Source of the DNA: a virus
Taxonomy: Duplodnaviria > Caudoviricetes
IMG/VR virus record: IMGVR_UViG_2935109043_000001
Span: 22,210 to 86,209 of that record
Direction: 5' to 3' (one strand)
DNA length: 64,000 bases
In this document: positions 47,056-56,405 of the stretch, piece by piece
Layout: the number at the start of each line of letters is the position of its first letter
Numbering within the stretch: the stretch's first letter is position 1
Translations under genes and position numbers: made by a program
Notes under the pieces: model-generated
Told to the model about the DNA's origin: nothing
Seen by the model: only the letters and a program-made list of their open reading frames with translations
The model's database searches: none

Positions 47056-47498
47056 TCGCCCGACTGCCCGTCACCATGGCCATGTCTGCGCTTCTCACCT
47101 CCGCCAGCGGCCTCCCCGTAGGACGCGGCCAGCAGCCCGGCAAGCCCCCGCCGTACTACCTGCTGTACAGCCTCGACACCCAGCTCGGCGGGCCCCCGTT
47201 TGCCGACATGAACGACGACGTGACGTTCGTTTACCAGGTGACATGCGTGTCCGGCCCCGACCCGGCCCGGCCCAACTCCGCAGGGTCCGCCGACCAGGGC
47301 GAGTGGATGGCCGACAAAGCCCGCGAAGCGATCCTCGGCCGCGACCCCGCGACCGGCCTGTGGCTGCACCCGATCACCGTGCCCGGCGCCAAAGTCACCG
47401 CCCGCCGCCTCGACGTCGAAGCAGGGGCAACAAGTGATCCAGGAGATGCCATCATGAGCTATGTGCTGAGGACCGCGATCTCGCTGACCTCCACCTGA
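47052..47498 (+). CDS. Tail terminator/completion protein
   Basis: PPYYLLY; YQVTCV; position. Confidence 0.75.
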   Translation: MIARLPVTMAMSALLTSASGLPVGRGQQPGKPPPYYLLYSLDTQLGGPPFADMNDDVTFVYQVTCVSGPDPARPNSAGSADQGEWMADKAREAILGRDPATGLWLHPITVPGAKVTARRLDVEAGATSDPGDAIMSYVLRTAISLTST

Positions 47499-47602
47499 CC
47501 CCCCCCACGGGGGCTTGCACGAGCCGTACCGCGACGGACCCACGCGGACGCCACCCCTTGGTGGCCGCCACCAAAATGCCATCGCATTCAGGGGTCCCCG
47601 CC

Positions 47603-48079
47603 ATGCCGCGCTTTTCCCGCAAGGGCATCACGAAGATCTTCTTCGCTGAGACCATCGCCGCCACCTCGTACATCCCCACCCGTACCGAGCTGACCGACGC
47701 CACCAACATCACCAAGCAGATCTCCGCCGTCGAAGGCTTCGCCCTGGAAAACCAGGAGATCGAGACGCCCGACATGGAGTCGACGTTCGACTCCAAGATC
47801 CCCGGCTCCGACACTGCTGCCGACTCCTCCATCACGTTCTACGAGGACGACACGAACAGCGAGCTGGAGGAGACCCTCGCCAAGGGCACCAACGGCTTCA
47901 TCGTGATCCTCCGCAAGGGCGACGTGCCCGCCTCCAACTCGATGGACGTGTACCCGGTCCGGGTCGCCTCCCAGTCCGCTGCGATCACCGTGGACAACGA
48001 GGCCGCCAAGTGGACCGTGCGGTTCTCCATCACCGACACGCCGGCGCTCAACGCGCCCGTGCCCGCGACCACGCCCTGA
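47603..48079 (+). CDS. Major tail tube protein
   Basis: PTRTEL...GTNGFIVI...VYPV; position. Confidence 0.85.
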   Translation: MPRFSRKGITKIFFAETIAATSYIPTRTELTDATNITKQISAVEGFALENQEIETPDMESTFDSKIPGSDTAADSSITFYEDDTNSELEETLAKGTNGFIVILRKGDVPASNSMDVYPVRVASQSAAITVDNEAAKWTVRFSITDTPALNAPVPATTP

Positions 48080-48183
48080 CCCGAGCCCTCTCAGCTCCCG
48101 GCCGGGCCCGCACCGCGTGTTCGGGAAGGGGCGCCCGTGCGGCGCCCGGCCGGGTCCCCTTCCCCTGACGGAGGACCACCCGC

Positions 48184-48729
48184 ATGACCACCACACCACC
48201 CGCCACCGCAGTCGACGCCGACGCGCACTGGGCCGCCACCCGCGCACGCCTCGCCAACCGAAGCCGGCCCACCGCCACCCTCACCATCTGCGACAACCCC
48301 ACCCTCAAGCAGAACCTCGCCGACGCCGAGTACCACGCCAAGCGCACCGCCGCCGAAGCCGCCGAACAAGCCGACGACAAGGTCGCCAAGGCCCGCGCCG
48401 CCGCAGCCAAGCGCGACCTGACCAAGGCCCAGCAGGCGTTCGAGGACGCCGCGATCCGCCTCCGCTTCCAGGCGCTACCCCGGCCCGACTTCGAAGCCCT
48501 CAAGAAGGCACACCCGCCGACCGAGGAGCAGGCCGAAGACGGCGCCGCCTTCGACAGTGAAACGCTCGCGCCCGTCCTCATCGCCGCCTCCAGCCTCGAC
48601 GGCATGACCGAAGACGACGCCCGCGAATACCTCGCCACCTGGGGCGAAGGCGAAGCCATCGCACTGTGGGCCACCGCCTGGAACATCCAGTCCCACACCC
48701 GCCTGGACACCGAACTGGGAAAAGGCTGA
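48184..48729 (+). CDS. Tail assembly chaperone
   Basis: AHPPTEEQ; ends LGKG with slippery site. Confidence 0.85.
   Translation: MTTTPPATAVDADAHWAATRARLANRSRPTATLTICDNPTLKQNLADAEYHAKRTAAEAAEQADDKVAKARAAAAKRDLTKAQQAFEDAAIRLRFQALPRPDFEALKKAHPPTEEQAEDGAAFDSETLAPVLIAASSLDGMTEDDAREYLATWGEGEAIALWATAWNIQSHTRLDTELGKG
48717..48723 (+). other. Programmed -1 frameshift site GGGAAAA giving the extended chaperone (to 49118)
   Basis: Canonical actinophage slippery heptamer; the -1 frame stays open to 49118. Confidence 0.88.
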
Positions 48730-49130
48730 TCACCGATGAGCGGCTACGGACCGAGCTGGAACTGTGCGACCGGTGGGGCATCCCCCACTCCCAGTTCCTC
48801 GGCGCCGCCGGCAAGTGGACGCCACGCGACCGGCAGAAAGCCCTCGCCTACCAGGCGTACGCGCGGTCGGTCTGCTCCCAGTGCGGCACACGGCACGACG
48901 ACTGGGACCACGGCGGCCCCGACGAAGAAGACGCATATGTGGCGGTCGGGCAGCGGTGCGTCGGCTGCCAGGTCATCGCCGACAAGCAAGCCGACCTCGC
49001 CAAGAACCTCAGCGAGGACGAGATGCGCGGCATGAAAGTCGCCCTCATCCCCGTCGCCGTCCAGGCCGCCGCCGAAGCCGCCCGGGAAGCCACCCGCAGC
49101 CGCACCACCCGAGACTGAGAGGAGACGGGC

Positions 49131-52100
49131 ATGGCCCAGTGGAACCTGTCCGTGGACCTCCGCGGCCAAGGCACCAGCTTGGCGCGGAGCCTCCAGCAGT
49201 CCGCCCGCCACGCCCGCACCCTCGCCACCGCCGTCCGCGCCGCAGACCAGCAGACCGCCGCCCTCGGCCGCACCAGTCGTACCACCGCCACCAGCGTCGG
49301 ACGCCTCGGCCGGCAAGCCTCCAGCGCCGCCCGTGACCTACGACAGATCGCCCGAGCCGCCCGTGACGCCGACCGGGCGCTCTCCCGCATCCAGCGGGAT
49401 ATACGGGTCCGCGTCCGCCTCGACGACGACATCACCGGCGCCAGCACGTCCGCGGCAGCGGCCCTCCGCACAGTGCAGGCCGCCTCCGGAGACACCTCCC
49501 GCGCCCTTACGCTTCTCCAGCGGCGGGCGGAGCGTACCGCTGACGCTCTTGACGATGTGGCCTCCTCGGCGCTCGGTGCTGCTACGACACTCAGCGCCCT
49601 GAACGCCGTCGCGGACGGGTCAACGAGCCGTTTGGACGGGCTGTCTGCCCGGGCCCGCACCCTCCGCAGCGAGATGGGCGACCTCGACGCGACGATCGGC
49701 CGCGTCCACACCCGGCTCGGGAGCCTCGGCGGGCAGCTTCGTACCGCTGGCGACGGGGCGAGCGACGCCAGCGGTAACACCAGCAACCTCATCCAGGCCG
49801 TCATCGCGCTGGGTACCGCGCTTGTTCCGGTGGCTGCGTCACTGGCTCCGATCGCTGCTGGTCTGGGCGCGGCGGGCGCGGCCGCGGCGGCGTACGGGCT
49901 GGCGATCGGCGGCCAGATCGTGCAGATGTCGGAGGCGTCGGAGGCGCAGCAGAAGTATGACGACGCCGTCTCGCAGCACGGGAAGCACTCGGAGGAGGCG
50001 GCGAAGGCTGAGGGGGAGTGGCTGCGGCAGGTGAAGGCTATGCCGCCGGCGACTCGGCAGGCGGCGGCCGCGCTGTCCGTGCTCAAGGATGAGTACGGCG
50101 ACTGGTCGGACATGCTCGCGGCGGACACGATGCCGTCGGTCACCAAGGGCCTCCAGCTCGCGACGATGGCTCTGCCGAAGTTCACGCCGATGGTGCGGGG
50201 CGCCTCTCGGGAGCTGGACCGATTCCTCAACGTCGCCGCCGGCGGTATGGCGACGCCGGGCTTCGACCGGTTCATGACCCGGTTCGCCGAGTTCTCCACC
50301 GCCACCCTGGCGCGCGCGACGAGCGGTCTGGTACGGCTCACGCAGGCGATGGACACCGGGAACATGGGCTCGGGCCTCAAGGAGTTCATGGACTGGGCAC
50401 GGTCGGTGGGGCCGCTCGTCGCGGAGACGTTCAGCAACTTGACCGAGGCCCTCTTCAACCTGCTGCAGGCCGCGTCGGACATGGGTGTCGGTGTCCTCAC
50501 CGCCGTCAACGCCCTCGCCCAGCTCGTCAACGCCGTCCCGCCCGAAGCCCTCTCCGTTTTCATCCAGCTCTACGCCGCGTTCAAGCTCGTCGCCGTCGGC
50601 ATTGCCGCAGTCGGCGCGGTCGCGGGCGGTAGCGCTGCCGCCGGGCTGGCCGCGTTCATCCGCTCCGCGCGCTTCGGCGGGCTCGGTGCGGCGATCGGCG
50701 GCGTCACGCAGCGCATGAGCGCCATGTCGAAGGTGGCGGGCAGCCTCGGTGCGCTCGGTGCGGTCGCAGTCGGTATCAGCATGCTCGCTGAGCACGCGCG
50801 TGGTGCACCGCCCGACGTGGACCGGCTCACGTCCAGCCTGAAGGAATTGGCGGCCACAGGCGGTACGAAGTTCTCAGGCGAGCTAGCGAAGACTTTCGGC
50901 AGCATGGACGAGCTGGTTGCCAAGGCGTCCAGCATCGACAGAGACATGGGGCAGCTCGACTTCGCCAAGAGTCTGACGTTCGGTCTCGTTGGGAACGGCG
51001 GTCCGATCGATTCGGCAGTCCGTGCGCTTGATGATCTGGTCCGTCAGGGCGACAGCTTGAATGCATTGGAGGAGGACTTCAAGGGCCTCGATGAGGCGTT
51101 CGCGCAGATGGCGACCAGCGGTTACGCGGATCAGGCTGCGAACAGCTTCGAGAAGTTCGAGCACGCGCTGCGGGAGTCCGGGAAGTCGTCGGCGGACATC
51201 GCAAAGATGTTCCCCGAGTACAAGGCTGCTGTTAAGGGTCTGGAGGCGGAGCAGCAGCTGGCCGCGCAGGGCATGGGGCTGTTTGGGCAGGCGTCGCAGG
51301 CGGTGCAGGCGAAGCTCGACGCGCAGAAGGCGTCGGCGGACGGGCTGCGGCAGTCCATCGTCGCCCTCAACGACGTGAACAGGGCGGGCCTCGGCGGGAT
51401 GAACGCCTTCGAAGCGGCGATCGATGCGACGGCGAAGGCTGCGAGGGACAACAAGAACGCCCTCCGAATGGTGAACGGCGAACTCGACCTGAACAGCGAG
51501 GCAGCCCGGAACGCCGACACGGCGCTGCGTGACCTTGCCGCCAAGACCGACGAGGCCGCGACGGCCGCTCGCCAAGCGGAGAAGCCGTGGGAGTACGTCA
51601 ACGGCATCTACGAGCGCGGCCGCGCGTCCCTCGTTCGGTACGGGAAGCAAATGGGCCTCAGCGGGGCCGAGGCGAGTCTGCTTGCCAACCGAATCCTCCA
51701 GATCCCGGAGCAGAAGGTCTCCACGATCGAGATGCGGCGTGAGGACGCCATCGCCGGACTCGACCAGGTCATCAAGAAGATGCAGGCGACGCCCGGGTCG
51801 AAGAGCATCAAGGTCAACGCGCTGACCGCCGACGCGCGAGCCATGCTCGAATCCCTCGGCTACCGCGTCAAGACGCTGCCCGACGGCCGAGTGCAGGTCA
51901 CCGCGCTCACCGGCTCCGCTCTCGGCGGGCTCCGCGCCGTCAAGGCCGCCCGTGACTCCCTGTCCGACAAGACCATCACCATCACCACCAACTACCGGGT
52001 CATCGGCCAGCAGGCACGCCGGTCCGGGTCGCACGGCACACAGCTCGGCTACGCGGACGGTGGTGTCGTCGACTACTACGCGGACGGTGGGCTGCGTGGC

Positions 52101-53465
52101 CCGAGCAGGCAGCGCGGCGGCCTCCGGCACTTCGCGAGCGGCTCTGAGAACCACGTCGCGCAGATCGCCCCGGCCGGGTCGTGGCGGGTGTGGGGCGAGC
52201 CCGAGACCGGCGGCGAGGGCTACGTGCCGTTCGCTCCGTCGAAGCGCCCCCGCTCCCGTGCGATCACGGAGGAGATCGTGCGGCGCCTCGGCGGTGACCC
52301 GCGCGCCATCCAGTGGAACGCGAACGGGTCGGTGACCGACTGGACGTACGACCCGAAGTCCGGGTCGCTGTACTCGGCGTCCGACGCCGGACGCGCCGGA
52401 CACAAGACCAGGAAGGTCAAGGGCAAGAACGGCAAGGTCACCATCAAGGAGATCGAATACTTCGACCTCGGCGCCGTCGAGAAGAAGCTCAAGTCCTCCG
52501 CGAAGGCCGCGACCGCATTCAACAAGAACCTCGGCATCATCACCGACCGCGCAGGCGCCGACGTGGCCGCCGCCCTGTCCTCCATGGGCGAGGATGGCGT
52601 GAAGCTCGCCGCGAAGATGGCCAAGGGCAGCAAGAAGTACGTCGACCAGATGTCCAAGGCACTCCTGGACCTCCAGAAGACCGCCAAGGCCAGCCTCACC
52701 GACTACACCCGCGCCCTCAACGCCGACACCAAGCTCGACGCCACGTTCGCCAAGAACCTGGCGATCCTCGCCGGCCGCGGCCACGGCGACCTCGCCGCGC
52801 AGCTCGCCTCGCAGAACGACACCGCCGCCCAGCAGCTCGCCGCCGCCGCGGTCAAGGACAACAAGAAGGCCAGCAGCGCGAACGACGCCGCGAAGAAAGC
52901 CAACGCTGCGCTCACGTCCGAGCAGGTCGAGCAACTCGTCGCCATCATCGCCGCCATCAAAACCAGCAAAACCGGCATCCACGACGTTGCCGACGCCACC
53001 GGCCTCGGCGAGGACGTCATCATCGACATCGGCTCCAAGGCCAAGACGCAGATCGTCGCCGCCCTCGGCTCCCGGTCGTCGCGCTTCACCACCGACCTCG
53101 CCAAGGCTGTCGCCGGCAAGGCGTACGCGAACGGCGGCATCCGCGAAGGCATCTACTCCACCGCCGGCGGCGCCGTCACGTTCGCGGAGCCCTCGACCGG
53201 CGGGGAGGCGTTCATCCCGCTCGGCGCGAACAAGCGCGACAAGGCCCTCCCCGTCCTCGCCGACGTCATGTCCCGCTTCGGCGTCGGCCGCACCGCCGCG
53301 CAGGACGCCCGCGTCGTCATCATCCGCGAGCAGGGCCCCCTCGTCGGCTCCCAGACATGGCAGATCACCGGCGGCGGCAACCCCGAGGACACCGCCCGGC
53401 AGATCGCAGCCCGCCACGCGTTCCAACTGCGCCGCCTGGCGCGAGGAGGGGCGGCAGCCCGATGA
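49131..53465 (+). CDS. Tape measure protein
   Basis: 1444 aa, Ala-rich helical; two A(D/N)GG...EPxTGGE motifs. Confidence 0.95.
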   Translation: MAQWNLSVDLRGQGTSLARSLQQSARHARTLATAVRAADQQTAALGRTSRTTATSVGRLGRQASSAARDLRQIARAARDADRALSRIQRDIRVRVRLDDDITGASTSAAAALRTVQAASGDTSRALTLLQRRAERTADALDDVASSALGAATTLSALNAVADGSTSRLDGLSARARTLRSEMGDLDATIGRVHTRLGSLGGQLRTAGDGASDASGNTSNLIQAVIALGTALVPVAASLAPIAAGLGAAGAAAAAYGLAIGGQIVQMSEASEAQQKYDDAVSQHGKHSEEAAKAEGEWLRQVKAMPPATRQAAAALSVLKDEYGDWSDMLAADTMPSVTKGLQLATMALPKFTPMVRGASRELDRFLNVAAGGMATPGFDRFMTRFAEFSTATLARATSGLVRLTQAMDTGNMGSGLKEFMDWARSVGPLVAETFSNLTEALFNLLQAASDMGVGVLTAVNALAQLVNAVPPEALSVFIQLYAAFKLVAVGIAAVGAVAGGSAAAGLAAFIRSARFGGLGAAIGGVTQRMSAMSKVAGSLGALGAVAVGISMLAEHARGAPPDVDRLTSSLKELAATGGTKFSGELAKTFGSMDELVAKASSIDRDMGQLDFAKSLTFGLVGNGGPIDSAVRALDDLVRQGDSLNALEEDFKGLDEAFAQMATSGYADQAANSFEKFEHALRESGKSSADIAKMFPEYKAAVKGLEAEQQLAAQGMGLFGQASQAVQAKLDAQKASADGLRQSIVALNDVNRAGLGGMNAFEAAIDATAKAARDNKNALRMVNGELDLNSEAARNADTALRDLAAKTDEAATAARQAEKPWEYVNGIYERGRASLVRYGKQMGLSGAEASLLANRILQIPEQKVSTIEMRREDAIAGLDQVIKKMQATPGSKSIKVNALTADARAMLESLGYRVKTLPDGRVQVTALTGSALGGLRAVKAARDSLSDKTITITTNYRVIGQQARRSGSHGTQLGYADGGVVDYYADGGLRGPSRQRGGLRHFASGSENHVAQIAPAGSWRVWGEPETGGEGYVPFAPSKRPRSRAITEEIVRRLGGDPRAIQWNANGSVTDWTYDPKSGSLYSASDAGRAGHKTRKVKGKNGKVTIKEIEYFDLGAVEKKLKSSAKAATAFNKNLGIITDRAGADVAAALSSMGEDGVKLAAKMAKGSKKYVDQMSKALLDLQKTAKASLTDYTRALNADTKLDATFAKNLAILAGRGHGDLAAQLASQNDTAAQQLAAAAVKDNKKASSANDAAKKANAALTSEQVEQLVAIIAAIKTSKTGIHDVADATGLGEDVIIDIGSKAKTQIVAALGSRSSRFTTDLAKAVAGKAYANGGIREGIYSTAGGAVTFAEPSTGGEAFIPLGANKRDKALPVLADVMSRFGVGRTAAQDARVVIIREQGPLVGSQTWQITGGGNPEDTARQIAARHAFQLRRLARGGAAAR

Positions 53466-54358
53466 CCACACCCACCCCGCTCACCGTCGGCCAGCACCAG
53501 CTCGGCTCCGTCCTCATCGGCCGCGGCACCCCCGTCGTCATCGCCGACATCGGGGGGCTCGGCCGTCCCGAGTCCCGCACCTACGACGTGGAGCCGCCGG
53601 GGGAGGACGGGGTGTGGCTTGGCCCCGACCTGTACGGCGGGCGCCTCATCACCCTCGACGCCGCCATCAAGACCCCAGGCGACCGCGAAACCGCCCTTGA
53701 CGTGCTGGCCGAGCTTCAGGCTGAGGCGGACACGCGGGCGGTCCGCGGGCAGGCCGGCACGACGATGACGCTGCGTCTCGCGTTCGACGGCCGGCCCGTG
53801 CGTGTGGCCCGCGGGCGGGTGCGGCGCCTGGACGCGGACCTGTCGCAGGCCATCCACGGATGGATTCCGCTGGAGGTCGAGTTCCAGGCCGAGGATCACC
53901 TCTGGTACGCGGACGAGCCCGACACGACCGGTATGCCGCTCGGCTCGATCACCGCCGGCGGGATGACGTTCCCGCTCGTGTTCCCCTTCGTCATCGCCGG
54001 CGATCCCGCCGCGGTTGGCCGCCCTGGCTACATCCAGGTGGCGGGGACGGCGGAGACGTGGCCGGTGATTCGGGTGATGGGCCCGTGTGCGAACCCGACG
54101 ATCCGTCACGTCACCACCGGGCGTGCTCTCACGGTGCAGGCGACGATTCCCGCAGGCGACTGGGTGGAGATCGACACCCGGCCCGGCTGGCGGACCGTCC
54201 TGCGCTCCAACGGCGGCTCCGCCCCACTCAGCCCCGCATCCCGCATCGACCAGTTCGTTCTCACCCCGGGGTTGAACGAGATCCGCTGGTCAGCGACCGA
54301 CAACACCCTCACGTCCAGCCTGGCCGTCACGTGGTGGCCCGCATGGAAGGCACTCTGA
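53462..54358 (+). CDS. Distal tail (Dit-like) protein
   Basis: Follows the tape measure; GPCANP; LTPGLNEI. Confidence 0.8.
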   Translation: MTTPTPLTVGQHQLGSVLIGRGTPVVIADIGGLGRPESRTYDVEPPGEDGVWLGPDLYGGRLITLDAAIKTPGDRETALDVLAELQAEADTRAVRGQAGTTMTLRLAFDGRPVRVARGRVRRLDADLSQAIHGWIPLEVEFQAEDHLWYADEPDTTGMPLGSITAGGMTFPLVFPFVIAGDPAAVGRPGYIQVAGTAETWPVIRVMGPCANPTIRHVTTGRALTVQATIPAGDWVEIDTRPGWRTVLRSNGGSAPLSPASRIDQFVLTPGLNEIRWSATDNTLTSSLAVTWWPAWKAL

Positions 54359-55308
54359 TGGCTCTGCATCCCACTCCGATCGCGACGACCGGCGCGACGC
54401 ACACCGCGCAGCAGTTCCGCATGATGATCAAGGATTTGGCGCGCGGCAACCAGGGCGTCACCACGGGCCTCGACCTCAAGGTGTCCGCTCTTGCGACGCC
54501 CGGCGCTGGTGTCCAGATCGGCAACGGCTCGGCGACCATCGCGGGCATGGTCTCTCCGGTGCAGGGCCACTACAACGCGTACAACATCGGCGTCGACAGC
54601 GTTGAGATCTCAGCGACGGGCGGCACGGCCCGATCCGACATGGTCATCCTCCGCGTTGAGGACCCCGAGTACGAGGGCACCCACGCCCCGGACACCGAAC
54701 CGACCGTGTTCTGGCAGGTCATTCCCAACGTCAGCAGCAGCGCAACGACCGTCCCCGCTGGATACTCGGCCATCCCCCTGGCCCGCATCGACATCCCCGC
54801 CTCCACCGCCACCATCACCAACGCGATGATCACCGACCTGCGGAAAGTCACCAACCCGCGGCGTGAACGCATCCTCTACCCGTACTACTTTCCCGGGCCC
54901 CTCGTGGAGATCTCGGGCACCAGCGAAACGTGGAAGACCTTCCCCACCCCCGTCATGGCGACCATCCCCATACCCGCATGGGCCGCCAGCGTAAAGATCG
55001 CCTACACCGTGTGCGGCATCCGTCTCGCCGACGGCAACATCTGGGGCAACTTCCGCTACATGCTGGGGTCCGTCGAGGCGTACCAGTACGTCGGAATCGA
55101 CGACAACCAAGGCAACGCCGCCCGACGCCAAACCGTGCAAATGATCGACACGATCGATCTACGCACCACCGCTGGTGCCGCGATGCGAGGCACCAACCAG
55201 CCGTTCTACTCACGGATGCGCACCCGCTCCTCCAATGGCGGGAAGATCGGCGCAGACGGCACTACTACCTTCAACATCGATGTCGAGTTCACCGAGGGCC
55301 CTCTGTGA
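54358..55308 (+). CDS. Minor tail protein
   Basis: RSDMVILRVEDPEY; IPLARIDIPA...ITDLR. Confidence 0.8.
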   Translation: MALHPTPIATTGATHTAQQFRMMIKDLARGNQGVTTGLDLKVSALATPGAGVQIGNGSATIAGMVSPVQGHYNAYNIGVDSVEISATGGTARSDMVILRVEDPEYEGTHAPDTEPTVFWQVIPNVSSSATTVPAGYSAIPLARIDIPASTATITNAMITDLRKVTNPRRERILYPYYFPGPLVEISGTSETWKTFPTPVMATIPIPAWAASVKIAYTVCGIRLADGNIWGNFRYMLGSVEAYQYVGIDDNQGNAARRQTVQMIDTIDLRTTAGAAMRGTNQPFYSRMRTRSSNGGKIGADGTTTFNIDVEFTEGPL

Positions 55309-56405
55309 CCGCCCGCAGCAGGTGGCGGTACTTCACCCGGAACGCCCTCACCGGTGCGGTCCTCCACCCTGCGCTGCCCCTTGCCGAGGTCGAGTTCGGC
55401 GCCGAACTCAACGGGCCCGGGTCCCTGTCCGGGACGTTGTCGCCGCGCTGGGTCAAGGCCAACACCAGCGCCCTCGAACCCGGCCTCGCTGAGATCTACG
55501 CCGAGGCTGACGGCATGCTCCGCTGGGGCGGCCTCATCTGGACCGTCGACCCGCAGGACCAGGAATACCGCATCGAGGCGGCGTCTTGGTCGTCGTACCT
55601 CAACCGCCGGCACGACCACCACGGCAACCTCGACGGCCGCGCCCCCTACGTGTATCAGGACCCGTGCCGCATCATCCGGGACATCTGGGCGTACGCGCAG
55701 GGCCAGCCCGACGGCAACCTCGGCGTCGTCGTCGACGCCACCACCAGCAACGCCAAGGCCGGCACGCCCGCCGAGCCCTGGCGGTCGTACTGGTACGAGA
55801 CGCCTGTCCTCGGCGACCTCATGGACAACTTGGTGGACGAGGACGCCGCCCCCCAATACACGAACCTGTGCAACTACCAGACGAACGGCACCATCCGGAA
55901 ACGCCTCGCGCTCGGCTACCCGCGCCTCGGCGCCCGCCGCACCGACATCAGCTTCCGCAGCGGCGTCAACATCGTCTCCGCGCCCGAGGTCACCTACTCG
56001 GCCGACGAGTACGCCAACGTCATCATCGCCACCGGCAGCGGTGAAGGCTCCTCCACCCGCTTCGCTGTCGACCCTGTCCGCGACGGCAGGCTCCGCCTGG
56101 AGCACATCCTCGCGCTGCCAACCGTCAACGGTGTCGACGTCCTCGGCCGCCGCGCCGCCGCCGAACGGAAACGCCGGCAGGTCATGGGCGAGGTCACCGA
56201 GATCACCGTCCGGGACCATCCCCACGCGCCGCTCGGATCGTGGCAGATCGGCGACGACGTGCAGGTCAGCGTCCACAACGCGTGGACAAGCTGGTCGGGC
56301 TGGTGCCGGGTCATCGCCGACGCCTACCGGCCCAGCACCCACCCCGACCAGGCGACGCTCACCCTGCGCCGCGCCGACGCCTACTCGTACGGAGCCGCAT
56401 CATGA
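55305..56405 (+). CDS. Minor tail/baseplate hub protein
   Basis: LNGPGSLSG; LRWGG; GYPRLG; IGDDV. Confidence 0.8.
   Translation: MTARSRWRYFTRNALTGAVLHPALPLAEVEFGAELNGPGSLSGTLSPRWVKANTSALEPGLAEIYAEADGMLRWGGLIWTVDPQDQEYRIEAASWSSYLNRRHDHHGNLDGRAPYVYQDPCRIIRDIWAYAQGQPDGNLGVVVDATTSNAKAGTPAEPWRSYWYETPVLGDLMDNLVDEDAAPQYTNLCNYQTNGTIRKRLALGYPRLGARRTDISFRSGVNIVSAPEVTYSADEYANVIIATGSGEGSSTRFAVDPVRDGRLRLEHILALPTVNGVDVLGRRAAAERKRRQVMGEVTEITVRDHPHAPLGSWQIGDDVQVSVHNAWTSWSGWCRVIADAYRPSTHPDQATLTLRRADAYSYGAAS

Noticed and set aside
37988-53471. Long antisense ORFs (e.g. 37988..39967, 40441..42831, 50883..53471)
   Set aside because: Shadow frames of high-GC3 structural genes, with no recognisable motifs.
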